Assembly: GCA_010093605.1 (NCBI GenBank)
Contig: MU004181.1
Coordinates: 2,294,001 to 2,358,000, forward strand
DNA from: Lophium mytilinum
Taxonomy: Eukaryota
DNA length: 64,000 bases
Direction: 5' to 3'
Under the pieces are notes generated by a model that searched no databases, was not told the DNA's origin, and was given only the letters and a program-made list of their open reading frames with translations. This document shows, piece by piece, positions 49,589 through 61,822 of the stretch. The position numbers were made by a program, and so were the translations under genes. Within the stretch, counting starts at the first letter, position 1. The number at the start of each line of letters is the position of its first letter.

Positions 49589-50000
49589 AGCGACGGCTTT
49601 CAGAGTGTATGCTTGGGATTACTGTATTACTCAGTGTAAATGAAACGATTCTAACAATACCAAAAATAATGAGATGAAGTTGGTAGGAGATGTGATAGAA
49701 ATGTCAATTGTTCTACTGGTAGGGCTCATTGAGGGCCCTTGAGTGGTGTATGAATAACGAGGCTTACTATACCTTGTGACGTTCTCGCACTGAGTATTTT
49801 AGGAGTTATGTTGGTGAGGAATGAAAGGACCGTGAGCTGTCGCGAAACCCTACGCGTGGTCCGTGCAATCGATCGCAGGGCTGAAGGACACCTTTACAAT
49901 TTCGGGGATACACGCCGCCCAGTTCTGCTCCTCCCTCCACCTCCTTGCATACTTGTCGAAGAGAGCAATCGCTGGGCCCGTAGCGCCCCGAAACAGCTCC

Positions 50001-51347
50001 ATGAATGGTTTCACCGAGCATGGCCTCTCCGAGGACGCCTTTGGCGCCTCCAAGGGGGGCATCTCGTCCTTTGATGCTTTCCGTAAGTATGGCATTACAT
50101 CCAATTGCGCTGTCTAGACCAGCTTCGATTGCTTGCAATTCGAATAGTCAGAAGCAAAACAGTATGCGTCCCAGAGCTCATAGCTAACGACTTCCTATAG
50201 CTAAAACCAAACCCACCTACCTCGCCCGCACGCGCAACGGCGGCGCGTGGACACTCGTCCTCCTCGTAACATGTGCCTACCTCCTCATCACCGAGACCGT
50301 GCGTTGGTTTACAGGCACCACCTCGCACACCTTCAGCGTCGAGAAGGGCGTCTCACACGACCTCCAAATAAATCTGGACTTCGTGGTTGCAATGAAGTGC
50401 CCCGACCTCCACGTAAACGTGCAAGACGCAGCGGGCGATCGCATTCTGGCTGGAGACATGTTGCATAAAGATGCGACTTCTTGGCGGCAAGCAGGAAAGT
50501 CAAAGGGCATTCATACTCTCGGGAGTGGGCCTGACGACGGTCATGGCTGGGAGGACCTGGAGGACGTTCATGACTACCTCGGAGCTGCCAAGCGAAAGAG
50601 GAAGTTCAAGAGGACGCCGAAAATACGTGGTCCGGGAGACGCCTGTCGAATCTATGGTAGTCTGGACGGGAACAAGGTCCAAGGGGACTTTCACATTACC
50701 GCGAGAGGACACGGTTATGCGGAATTTGGGGAGCACTTAGACCATAGCAGTGAGTTGACTCTCGGACATCATAATCTGTTGAGCCTTGAACTGACCTTAC
50801 TACAGCATTCAATTTCTCCCACTACATAAACGAGCTTTCTTTCGGCCCCTTCTACCCTTCCCTTGAAAACCCTCTGGATGCGACAGTTGCTACGACACCC
50901 AATCATTTCTACAAGTTCCAATACTACCTCTCCATCGTCCCGACCATATACACTACAGATACCCGCAGTCTGAATAAGATTGCGGCCAAAGCCTCCCCCT
51001 CTGCTTCCGATGCGCTCGCCTACGCCGGTCACACCATTTGGACAAACCAATACGCGGCTACCTCACAGTCGCATCTAGTCGGCGAGAACCAGGTCCCCGG
51101 TATCTTTGTCAAGTTCGACATTGAGCCTATAACCCTTACAATTGCGGAAGAATGGGGTGGGTTCCTTGCGCTATTGGTGCGGCTGGTGAACGTCATCAGT
51201 GGTGTGATAGTTGCGGGCAGTTGGTGCTACCAGATTTTCGATTGGAGCGTTGAAACATGGGGAAGGAGAGGACGAAGGAGAGAGCCATTGGGTGTTATCA
51301 CAGGGAGAAGAAGTGGAGAGTTTGATGAGAAAAGGGCGTATGACTAG
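50001..51347 (+). CDS. ERV41: ER-Golgi vesicle protein Erv41 (ERGIC2)
   Basis: SFDAF|PKTKPTY, INLDFVVAMKC, ACRIYGSLDGNKVQGDFHITARGHGY, NFSHYINELSFG, FQYYLSIVPT, PGIFVKFDIEP; 2 introns. Confidence 0.92.
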
Positions 51348-51573
51348 ACTGTTGTTCGCTTGGGTTGCATGGCGAGGCGTTAGGGCATTGGGAATTTAAG
51401 ACTCACTGATGAGGGATTGAAGATTCCGAAAGAACCGCAATTTACAAACATCATCTCGTTAGCCGTTGGTGCGTATTGTTTCGTTGCATAAGTACTCGTC
51501 TCTTGAATTTCATACTGTACTCGAATGTCGATACAGGAGGACCGGCAGACGACTACTCTAAAACTAGCGGATT

Positions 51574-53783
51574 TCATGAGACATTGACAGAAGTACTCGC
51601 GTCCATGAACCGATGCACATCATGAGCATGACTAGGGCACCGGCAACATATCCTCGCCGCAGTCTTCGCCCCTTGAGGCTCACTAACAGACACGACGCCA
51701 TCCTCCTCCGCCTCAAGCACCGGATCCATAAGACCTTCACCACCCCCATACACCAGTCCTTTCTCCGTCAACCCCAGATCTGGTACAGCTACTAGCCCCA
51801 CAAAGCTAGCTATAAGAAACGGATGCTCCAAGATTCCCCCGAGAACCTCCATTACCTTCTTATCTAGGGCTATAGAATCATCCCTTACATCCTCCCACGG
51901 CGCGCTGGACATACACCCTGCAACATCCAGCCGCACAGCCCCCAGCACCTCTCCTTCACACACAGCAACCATACCCCCACCAAGCTCTGCGATCGCCTTC
52001 GCCGCATGAGCGATCTCGTCATCGGAAGTACCGACGATAACGAGATTCTGGTTTTCACAGTTCGTCGTGCACCCGATCGCGCCTTTCTTGAGGCCGAAAC
52101 CGCGGACGTAGCTGATACCGCGGCTTTTAGTCCCGTGATGGCGGTCGATCACAACGACTTTGAGGATGTCTTTTGCGGTATCGCAGAGGAGATGATGGGG
52201 ACTGGTTGGGGATGTGGGGAGTTTTGCGTGGAAAGCGCGCTTAAAGTAACCGTCGAACATTTCCATGCCTTGGACCCAGGCGCTGGTCTGGTCTGAGCTG
52301 CGGGGGAAGATGTGGTAGGCTGAAGGGGAGAAGAAGTAGGGGTCTAGGTGGATGGTATTGAGGGTGAAGGGGGGCACGGGGTCGGTGTTTTTGAAGGTTG
52401 GGCGGTTGTTTTGGGCGACTATGGTACCGTTTACTATGACGGTTTCGGGACTATGGTCGACGATTAGGTTCGTCAAACTTGATGAATGGTGGAACACTGA
52501 CCGAGCATCTTCCAGTTTATCAAGTATAAGTAAATCTGCAAGCTTAGCCGGTGTGACACTGCCGATCAAATGGTCAAGCCGATAATAGGAGGCAGCGTTC
52601 AAAGTCGCCATCTTGTAAGCTTTTAGCGGCGGAACTCCAAGTCGGATTGCCTCTCGGACATGGAAGTCGATATGGCCGGTAGCATCGAAGTCTTCTGCAA
52701 GCTTGTCGTCGGCACAGAAAGAAATGTAGTCTAACCCGTCCTTGTAAGAAGCGAAATCGCTGAATACGCTCTCGATGTTGGAGTTCATGCTACCGGACAT
52801 TACTGTTAGCATCATTCCAAGTCTAAGGCGCTCCAACACGTCTGCGGGCTTGTGTGCGTTGTGGTCGTCTCCGATACCGCCCTACGTGCATTGAGATCAG
52901 TCAGAGGCCTCATATTTTCACATTTGGGACTATTCTTACAGCACAGTATGCCCAAAGCGGCTCATTTTCGAGCAAGGCAGTATGACCCGTGATACGCTTC
53001 CCAGCACGTAGAGCAGCAGCCTGTTTTTGAGCGGAGGCAAGGTCTAAGGAAAAAGGATTTGATTCTCCGAGTGTAGCTGCTTCAGTGGAAGATACTCTTT
53101 CGCAAATTTCGGCAGTTGATACAGAGGTACCACCAAGCTCGATATTTGGACCACTCATTGGGATCTTGTGGGAGACTTGACGAAATATACGAAGCGGAGT
53201 CGATGTAGTCCCTGAAATGTGACGACGTGAGAAAGATTATCTTAAGCTAGGAAATGGAAGAAGCGTACCCATGAAATCCATGCCTCGACCACCAAGGACC
53301 TAGTAATGATATTAGCTACCCATTCAGTGATAGGATTGTTAGAAGATAGAGTCAGATCGACTCTCGAGTTCACCATACATTTGCAATACAATTGGCATCT
53401 GCTAAAATTGTAGTAGTCCCTCTCGGCACACTCAATCTTGCTAATTCTCCTGGCACTAATTTTGTGTATTCGACATGGATGTGAGTATCTATGAAACTCG
53501 GGGAGATAAATTTGCCTCGAGCCTCCAATTCATTATCAATCGCAGGGAAATGATCCCACGGTGTAATTGCCGCGATGTGTCGACCGGAGACGACAACATC
53601 TCGGTCTAGCAGTTCCCCAGTATGAAGAGCCAATATAGTGCCATGACGGATGATGAGAGAAGGTTTCGAGGTCCCTCGGGCTACGAGACGCAAATTGACC
53701 AATTCTTCAGCGGTGATGGAAAGATGAGCTCCTGTGGCTGAGGACGGGTGGATTTCGACGGGCCGATTCTCCGAAGATTCCAT
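51574..53783 (-). CDS. Bacterial-type (AdeC/amidohydrolase) adenine deaminase homologue with altered active-site motifs
   Basis: FIDTHIHVE, PRGTTT, ITGH, DDH, FCADD, MATLNAA, GFGLKKGAIG motifs plus C-terminal adenine-deaminase domain; about 4 introns. Start may be 53783 or 53807. Confidence 0.85.
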
Positions 53784-54401
53784 GGCTGGACCGCGAGCTG
53801 TCTCCATCTCCTCTTCATGCACCCATCATCACTTCTTCATTGTAGACCGACGGCCTCTGGACCCCATTGTGTCAATTGCATTACGATTGCACCATCGACA
53901 TATCGCCTTTTCCGCGGTCTCCGCTCCGGCACTTGCTGCGGAGCTCTTGAAAGCGATAGATCGATCGGGAGTGTTTGCCGACGGATACTGCCACCCTATG
54001 CGGACACAATAATGTGCCCAGTCTACGTTCCTTGAACGTTAAAAGGTGAATCGCAAAAGGGAGGCTTTCTTTTTGTCTATCTGCTGGCGAAGGATTCTCT
54101 GGATGCTCACGAATTTTCTCTCTTGCTTATGCTCTATTCATATGTTTTGGATGCAAAGGTAACAAAATAGAGCTCATAGTATGAGGGAAATGGACGATAA
54201 GTCTAGTAGGGGTCTCTTGATAAGGCTCCCGGCTGTATGCATCCCTATCGTATCACAGCAGATTTCGTGACACCCCCAGGGCCTCTTTGAATCATGCTAG
54301 CGCTGATAATGAAGCCTCGTCGTACTCGATATGCCTTCAAAGAGCACTGCTGGTCTACATAAACCCATGAATCGACTGTAAGCATCACAATAAACTCACA
54401 A

Positions 54402-56907
54402 TGGCGGAAGAGAAGGGCTTTACATCCTCGTACGCTCAGGACTCTGATGCTGTGGGCACGGCTGAGCCATATGGCTCTACCTGGCAAAGACTCAAGGCGC
54501 GAGCTCGAGTACCTGTCAGCGAGAGCTCATACGCCCCAGGAGACTTGAAATGGAGCAACAAAGACCTTGACCCGATACCTCTAGGTAAGTGAAGGTTCTT
54601 CAAGTCAGTATATCAGCTAATCAGTCTTCAAGAATTTCAAACTTGGCGTACGTAAGATTCCATTATTCTACAACTATTCAGGTGCTCCTGGAGATGTGTC
54701 CAAGCCTCCACTTCAGTACACTGCGTCGTCATAGATATGCGTACACTCGTTTGCCGCTGCGTGAGGAGCCTCATAGTATTTTGGGCATTCCGAATGAGAG
54801 GAAAGTTCGGCACTTTGGATGACTAGCAACTTGCGAGGCTACCCCAGACAGCGTCAGCAGGGTGTACGCAGATTAGAAGTTTATTCGCTGTCCCTGAGTT
54901 CTATTAGTACGCTGGAGTCCTCCAGACAGCGGCAGAGAAGTGTACGAATATCTATGGCAAGACACTATAGCTTTGGACACCCACTCCGGCTAAGGTGGTG
55001 CCTAAAACGCGAACTGTGTGACACTCAAGGAAATTGGCCCCCCAAGGATCTCTCCCCCCCTCCCTCACTCTCTCTTTCCGTTCCCCATCGATAAAACCTA
55101 TAGATAACGGTACTGACGCCTATAGGAACATATAATTTTGTCACCTATTGGATCTCCGATGCTTTTGCAGTGAGCAATTGGAGAATCGGGAGCTCGCTCA
55201 TCGCCATTGGTCTGTCTTGGAAGCTCGCTTTGGTAGCCGTAGTGATAGGTAACTTGGTAACTGCCTTCATTGTTACATACAATGGTGTCATCGGTGCCCG
55301 TTTGCACATTCCATTTCCTGTCCAAGCTCGATCCGCCTTTGGATTCTATTTTGCCTATGTTATGGTCATTTTCCGGGTAATCATCTCAGTATTCTGGTAT
55401 GGCATCGGGACATATACCGGCGCTGAATGCATTCAATCTATGCTCTTCGCCATCTGGCCGCGCTTCCGGAACGTTCCAAATCACCTCCCCGAGTCTGCAA
55501 ACATCACGACGGGCTTCATGATCTCCTACTTTATCTACTGGGTTGTAGTTCTACCGTTCCATTACATTCCGCACCACCAGCTTCATTGGTTCTTTACGTT
55601 CAAGGCGATCGTTTCCCCCATTGCCGGGTTCGCCATCATCGGATGGATTGTTCATTCGACCGGCGGTGGCAATGCAGTGTTTGCGTACGGCAACCAACTC
55701 CATGGCCCAAAGTTAGGATGGGCATTCATGAGCGGCGTAAACGCAATGATTGGGAACTTTGCCACACTAGGAGTGTATGTATTTGCGCGCCCTCCCTTCT
55801 ACAGTGACTGGCCATAAGTCTGTGCACACTAGTTTGTCACTGCTAGGGGTACCCCTACGGGTTTTCCGTAACCTAGGCGCAATGTCGAATCCTGCGTAGC
55901 GTACTATGAGCTGCCTCTTAACCGAGCAGCTTTGTGGCCTCGAAGCCGCCCCTGACAGTGGTATTCAGCTGCCAAAATAGCGGCGCTTCAGCAGCAGCAT
56001 ATATGTGCCCAGACTTATGGCCCAGTACTAGACTGGTCACTAATTCGGAAAACAGTAACATGAACGACTTCGCGCGGTACTCCAAGAAGCCGAATAGTCC
56101 TTATGTCCAGCTCATCATTATCCCAATCGTTTTCATCATTATGATGCTTTTCGGTATAATTGGCGCGAACGGTTCAAGGATTCTCTATGGCGAAGTCCTC
56201 TGGGATCCTCTGTACGTTCTAGTCGTTCTCGTAATATTCCTTTCGAGCATATGCTAACGTATACGACTACTTCCAGTCTCATTATCAACCACTGGACCTC
56301 ACGTGGTGGACGTGCTGCAGCATTCTTCTGCGCCCTCGCTTTTTTGATTGCTAGCATCGCCATCAATATCTCGGCCAACAGTATTTCCGTGGCCGTGGAT
56401 CTCACCACTCTTTTCCCGAAGTACCTGAATCTACGAAGGGCTCAGTATATCTGTGCTATTCTCGGCGCATGGGCAATGACACCCTGGAACATCCTCGCCT
56501 CAGCGGAATCACTCCTCACGTTCATGGACGGCTACTCCATCTGGCTAGCCCCGATCTCCGGCATCCTGATCTCAGACTACTGGATTGTGCATCGCCAGCG
56601 GGTGAGCGTACCTGAAATGTACCGACCGCACGGAATCTACGCGTACGAGAAGTATGGCACGAATTGGCGTGCCGCGGTCGCATTCGTGATCGGGTTCGTC
56701 CCACTGCTACCTGGGTTTGCAAAAGCGGTTACCAGCAGTATCAACGTCTCGGAAGGTGCGAGCAACTTGTATTCGCTGGGTTACTTCTATGGCTTCATCG
56801 TCAGCTCTGGATTGTATGTGCTTTTGAGCAAGATTTGGCCGCCGAAGAGCCAGTATACTGGGTTCACTATCGACGAGAGTCTGAATGAGGTAGCTTCTGA
56901 CTTCTGA
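54402..56907 (+). CDS. NCS1 nucleobase:cation symporter (Fur4/Dal4-like)
   Basis: WSNKDLDP, YWISDAF, NMNDFARY, NISANSIS, DLTTLFPKYLNLRR, PWNIL, ISDYW, NWRA motifs; 4 introns, including a 15-nt micro-exon at 54633-54647. Confidence 0.93.
54719..54967 (+). mobile_element. MITE family A, copy 2, inside NCS1 intron 2
   Basis: TA|CACTGCGTCGTCATAGATATGCGTACAC ... GTGTACGAATATCTATGGCAAGACACTA|TA; aligns with the other two copies. Confidence 0.87.
55802..56030 (+). mobile_element. MITE family B, copy 1, inside NCS1 intron 3
   Basis: TA|CAGTGACTGGCCATAAGTCTGTGCACAC ... GTGCCCAGACTTATGGCCCAGTACTA inverted termini; homologous to 57006-57381. Confidence 0.8.
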
Positions 56908-57005
56908 AGGAGGAAGAGTGCTCGGGCAATGGCTTGTTCAGATTCGTTCACGGCAGTGTAGAAAGCTTTTTAGTAGATGCCGCCAATCGCTTAGGAGTGA
57001 CAATA

Positions 57006-57381
57006 CATTGATGATCATTATTCTGTGCACACTTGTTTAACATTGCCCGGGGCACCCCTATAGGGTTTCAGAAATACAGGCACGATGTCAAGTTTCATTA
57101 AGTGGAATCCAGGCTACCTCTTGGCTGACCCACTTCATACTGGCGGGGGCACCCCTTGCAGTGCTGTATAGCTTTTAAATCAGCACTCGAGATTGCTAGC
57201 ATCCGTGTTGCTAGACCTGTAGCTATTCCAACCAGCGTCAAGGCGCACGTGTCAGATATCAGGCTGCCTTTTGGTTAATTTACTACTTGCTAGCGGGGGT
57301 ACCCCTTACAGTGCTATCTAGCTTCCAAAGTTGCACCAAGCAGTGGCATACCAGTGTGCCCAGACTTGTAGCCTGTCACCG
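57006..57381 (+). mobile_element. MITE family B, copy 2, with internal ~150-bp direct duplication
   Basis: TA|CATTGATGATCATTATTCTGTGCACAC ... GTGTGCCCAGACTTGTAGCCTGTCACCG|TA; gcgggggYaccccttRcagtgct block repeated at ~57143 and ~57293. Confidence 0.78.
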
Positions 57382-57682
57382 TAGGTACTGCCTTGGAAAA
57401 GCTTAGTGGAATCACGTTGCATAGAGATTCTCTAGTCATTTGTTACGAAGCCTAGAGATCCGCATTTGGATCAAGCAAATTCAATTTGGAATCATGTAAT
57501 TGCTGAAGTTTTATTCCATTTGGAAAGAGCCTGTAGACCTTCGCTCGCCAACTTCATCATGAAAGCCAGTAAATGTCCTGTGCTGCTCCTAGAGCAGCCA
57601 AAGTTGCTCGTATTGCTTTTAGTATTCATATCTCGTGGTTTTCTCCATGCCGTTTCCATTCCTGCCCACCTCATTTGCTCTC

Positions 57683-59098
57683 CTAGAGCACGAGGTTATC
57701 CAGCCAGTGAGAGATCCCCTCAAGATCATATCCGTGCGCTTCCTTGGAACCGTCTCCCCAGTCCGGGTGGATGTCATTAGAGCGACGCCAGTCCTCGAGA
57801 AGAATTCGAGAATCTTGCGATCCTCCGTCACTGGCAGTGTAGTCCCGCTCTACATACTCATCGCGGAGCCACATTGTATACATCCAAGGCTGCAGAGCGA
57901 ATTGCATCCGCTTCTGCTGGCAGATCTGCAGCTGCGCCGATCTGTCTTTCCCGTATCGTGTTCGCGGAGGTTCAGCATGACTTCTGTTCTTAGAGTCATC
58001 GTCGCATGTCACCGTAATGTATCGTAGTGAGTGGCGTCTCATTGTGGTGGTGGGTTCATAGTCCCCAGCCGGATTCAAAGCCCATACCTCCTTTGCATAG
58101 TGTGGGCGAGAAACGAAGATTTTTCGAAAACCTAATTTGTCGCCATTATTGAGCAACCGGGATCTGAGAAGCTGTACGAACGCAACCACGCGGTTGATTC
58201 CGTCTGGTCGCTCTTTAAGCCAGTCTTCAAGTACAACCTTGACGTGGAGGCGTGTGAGCTTCTTGAGTCCGAAGAGGCTGTCAATAGCTGCAGAGTACAC
58301 TCTTAGCTCCGGCTCATGGCCACCTTCAGGTCTCTGCCAATCCCAAGGACAGATTCTTACGTCTGGCGGCCAACCAAAGAATGTGAGTGATAAATTCCTC
58401 AGCTTGATGCTCGTGCTCATTAAGTGAAAGAGACTGATCTCGGGATAGAAGCCTGCTGTGCTATCGTAATAAGCAAGGCTTCCGGGTTCTCCACAGTCTC
58501 CCGAGCCGAATATAAGTGCGAGCGATTAAAGATGTGCAAGAGCCAAAGCTGGGCGGTCAGTTAGGAATAGGTAGCACGTAACAAGAGAGAGTTCTTTGTC
58601 GTTGCTCTGCGAGCCAAAGTCGAACGTATTGCCGCCATAGAAGATTCGTGATGCTTCTTCGTAGATTTGCCGGGAAACCGAGAAAATCTGGACATTGAGG
58701 TCCTGGGCAAAGTCGGATTCATAAGTGAGTTTCCGTGGTGAATAGATGACTTGTGATGGAGCATGGCGAGGTCCTCGTGGAAATCTGCGCAGTCTTTGGA
58801 AGTAATTGTGGACGGTCCGGTGCTGGACGAGAGTGCGACTAATCGGAAGCCAGCGGTGGAAGCGTTCGAGAGAGGGCGCGGCAACACGAACGGCGTGAAT
58901 GTGTATACCATCCTTGGCTACCAATGCATACTCGTAGATGAGGTCTCTCAGCTCGCGGGGTAAGTCAAGGAATGGGAAGTAGTGCCGTTGACTCGTGCCG
59001 TCAGTCTTGTAAACGGTCCTCGGCCAGATCGACGAAGGTGGGCGAGGCCCAGCGCGGAGGCGATGGATTTGCTTGGCGTATTTGCTCTCGTTCGCCAT
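57683..59098 (-). pseudogene. F-box-like/2EXR-type (LPxExR) hypothetical protein interrupted by an in-frame TAA
   Basis: FLDLPRELRDLIYEYAL and VSRQIYEEASRIFYGGNTFDF motifs. After the stop at 58526-58528, 35 open codons lead in the same frame into ORF 57683-58420. Confidence 0.7.
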
Positions 59099-59360
59099 GA
59101 CGAGTCGTGTCTCATACGAGTAGAAATTACTGTCACGTACCCGCCTCTAGAGTGGATTCTTTGTCGGTGACGATGTTGTGGTGTTGAGGAAGTGAAACGA
59201 TGGGCAAGAGCGAGCTAGGTAAAGAGGAAGGCAACGCACAGACCAACTCTACGAGATGGGCAGGCGATATAAACCCAGGTTGTGTGCCTGTTCAAATCAT
59301 TTTTAGCACTGTATTTCGAGGGAAGATTCCGTATGCTACATGAGATTCCATGGAGATATG

Positions 59361-59610
59361 CATTGACTCGTTATAGGAATCTGTACACTCGTTTACCACT
59401 GCTTGAGGAGCCCTACAGTATTTTCAGCGTCCCAAATAAGAAGAGAGTACGATATTTGGGACTACTAGTAAACTCGCGAGGCTACTCCAGACAGCGTCAA
59501 CATGGTGTACACAAGCTGAAAGCGTGGCCGCTACCCTCGGTTTCTAGTGGTACGTTGAGGCCCCTCAAGCATTGGTGGGGAAGTGTACGGATATCTAAGG
59601 CAAGGCACTG
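59361..59610 (+). mobile_element. MITE family A, copy 3
   Basis: CATTGACTCGTTATAGGAATCTGTACAC ... GTGTACGGATATCTAAGGCAAGGCACTG|TA; left TSD reads TG. Confidence 0.85.
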
Positions 59611-60125
59611 TACCTAGGTGGGATGGCAAACAAAAACGTCCGATGTAAATCAAGCTTGAGGTTGGAAATTGAGGTCGATTGGGCACGCGAGCTGCCGTCT
59701 TATAAAGAACAGGACGAATTGATACGCCCACAATATATGAAAGGGATAAAACAGTTCTTCGGAGTACATCTCCAAGCTTTATTCACCCATCACCCGCGCC
59801 CTGCAGTTTGACGGACCACCTTCACCAGCTTGCCACGACGCTAAATGTTCACTCTTCTGTGCTTGACGAGCTTACTTCTACCTTCTTTTCTTCCACCGTG
59901 CCGCAAACCACGTTCACTGTCACAGCGTCATTTGTATTACAGCGCGTTAAGACGCGACATTTACTGGCGTCTATCACAAGACAGCGTAATCAAGTAGGTC
60001 AGAGTCGTCTCTTACTATCCAGTTCACCAATTCCGCGTTGCGGTGCTGTACTTGCTTTGCTGCGAGGGCTATAATGATCCAAGACTGACTATGAAAAGAT
60101 TGCACGCGCCGCCTTTGCTGTAGTC

Positions 60126-61822
60126 ATGAAACCGAAGACGCTTTCCGCGAAACGGAAAGAGCAGAACAAGGCGAGACACGTGCGATATAAAGAGCGGCGG
60201 GCAGTTAGAAAAGGAGAAGAAGGTTATGAAGGTGGAACGGGAGAGTCCCAGGAGGGGCCTGAGGTTGGAGCAAGCGGCTCGGCTGCAACGTCAAAGAAGT
60301 TCAAGCGCGACAGCTCCTCCACGCCAGTCCACTACAACGACCACTTCTCGAGCAACATACCCCAAACCGGCGCGAACGCACTACCTGTCAGACCGAGATA
60401 CCTAGAATCGAACTACAGTCCCATATCGTCTGGAGTTAGCGAGCACGCAGGCATGGCGCCCGCGCCACCTGCTACTGACGACCATGTCGGCCCTCACCCG
60501 TCCTTCATTGAGATCGCGAAACCATATATCTTCGAACAACGGCTGCAGGAATACTTGAGTGCTATTGGGATGAACGAGACTCGGGAGGATGCTGTGAGAC
60601 TCCAGGGCGTTGCTTGGATCGACAATGTGAGGAAGTCAATGCAGCTGTATGGCCTCCCTCACCTTTCATAGCTGGGGTGCATAGCTGATATGTATAGGCC
60701 GGTTCGGACATTCAACACAGCTGTAGTGTACTATCACAAGTTTCGTCTACTACACCCGGATACGGAGTACAACTATGTTGTAGGGTATATTCTTGGTTTA
60801 AGACGCGCAGTTGCTAACGATGCGAAAGGATGCCGCTGCAGCAGCATTGTTTACAGCCTGCAAGATCGAGGACACTCTCAAGAAATCTAAAGAGATTCTA
60901 TGCGCAGCCTCCAATCTCAAGCTATCGCCATCCGAGCACCTCAGCCCCGACGATCCAGTACGTCAATATCCCAGCACATGTCCCTTCCTTTCTAATGAGT
61001 TCAAAGATCTTCGAGACCCACTCAAAGAGCATAATCGGGTTGGAACGTCTGATGCTCGAGGGCGCCGGCTTTGACTTCCGCAATCGACATCCCCAGAAAC
61101 TCGTCGTTAAGCTCGCTAGAAGCTGCGGATTTCCAAGAGAGACGATCGCGAAGACAGCATACAATGTCTGCCTCGATCTATACAGAACCTTTGCGCCGCT
61201 CAAGCAGGGAACATCGACTATGGCTATTGCCTGCGTCGAGCTTGCAGCCCGTTTGCATGAGGCCGATCTTTCCCCTCTGGTCGGCGAGCGAGGCATCAAA
61301 TACAAGAAGTGGGGTACATCAAGAGCTGAAGTAATGGGTAAGGACATTAGATACAGATACTTGTTGATTTTGCTGACAGGCCCGTCAGAAACTCTTCTGG
61401 ACCTTCTTGATCTATATACTCACCATCGCGCCTCTACCACGATCGGTCAACTGCATCCAATCGAAACCTTTATCAACATGCGCATAACTCTAAATCAAGA
61501 GTCAACTGCTAGTGATATCCCTCGGTTCACCGAATTCTCAAATACGCCTAAGCATTCACCGATAGCGACGAACGGCTTCAAAGTGAGGAATGGCATCGCT
61601 CCTACAAGCCCTGTGACCCCGATGACACCTGGCACCACCTCACCTGGACAAGGGCCGACCTCGGCAATTGGCATCCGCGGCCAGAACGGAACCGTTCGGT
61701 TTATGCTGGATGCGGCTCGTGCGCGAGAAGAGAAACGAACAGTTGAAAACTTTTACAAAGTCGAGCAGGAGGAGTATGAGGTTGAAGTTCCGGCATCACC
61801 GGAGAGGCGGAGACCACGTTGA
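60126..61822 (+). CDS. CTK2: C-type/K-type cyclin, CTD kinase I beta subunit-like
   Basis: RLQGVAWID...QL|PVRTFNTAVVYYHKFRL...AAALFTACKIEDTLKKSKEIL...LERLMLE..GFDFR cyclin box; 4 introns. Confidence 0.88.

Noticed and set aside
54648..56055. Long NCS1 introns considered as TPP riboswitch carriers
   Set aside because: No TPP aptamer consensus (CTGAGA...CTTGAT..GGATAAT.CCAGCG) seen; length is explained by MITEs.
59282..59617. Small ORFs sharing the peptide YTRLPLLEEP (also 36166-36351 and 54589-54822), suggesting a peptide family
   Set aside because: Frames are not conserved between copies; the similarity is explained by MITE family A DNA.
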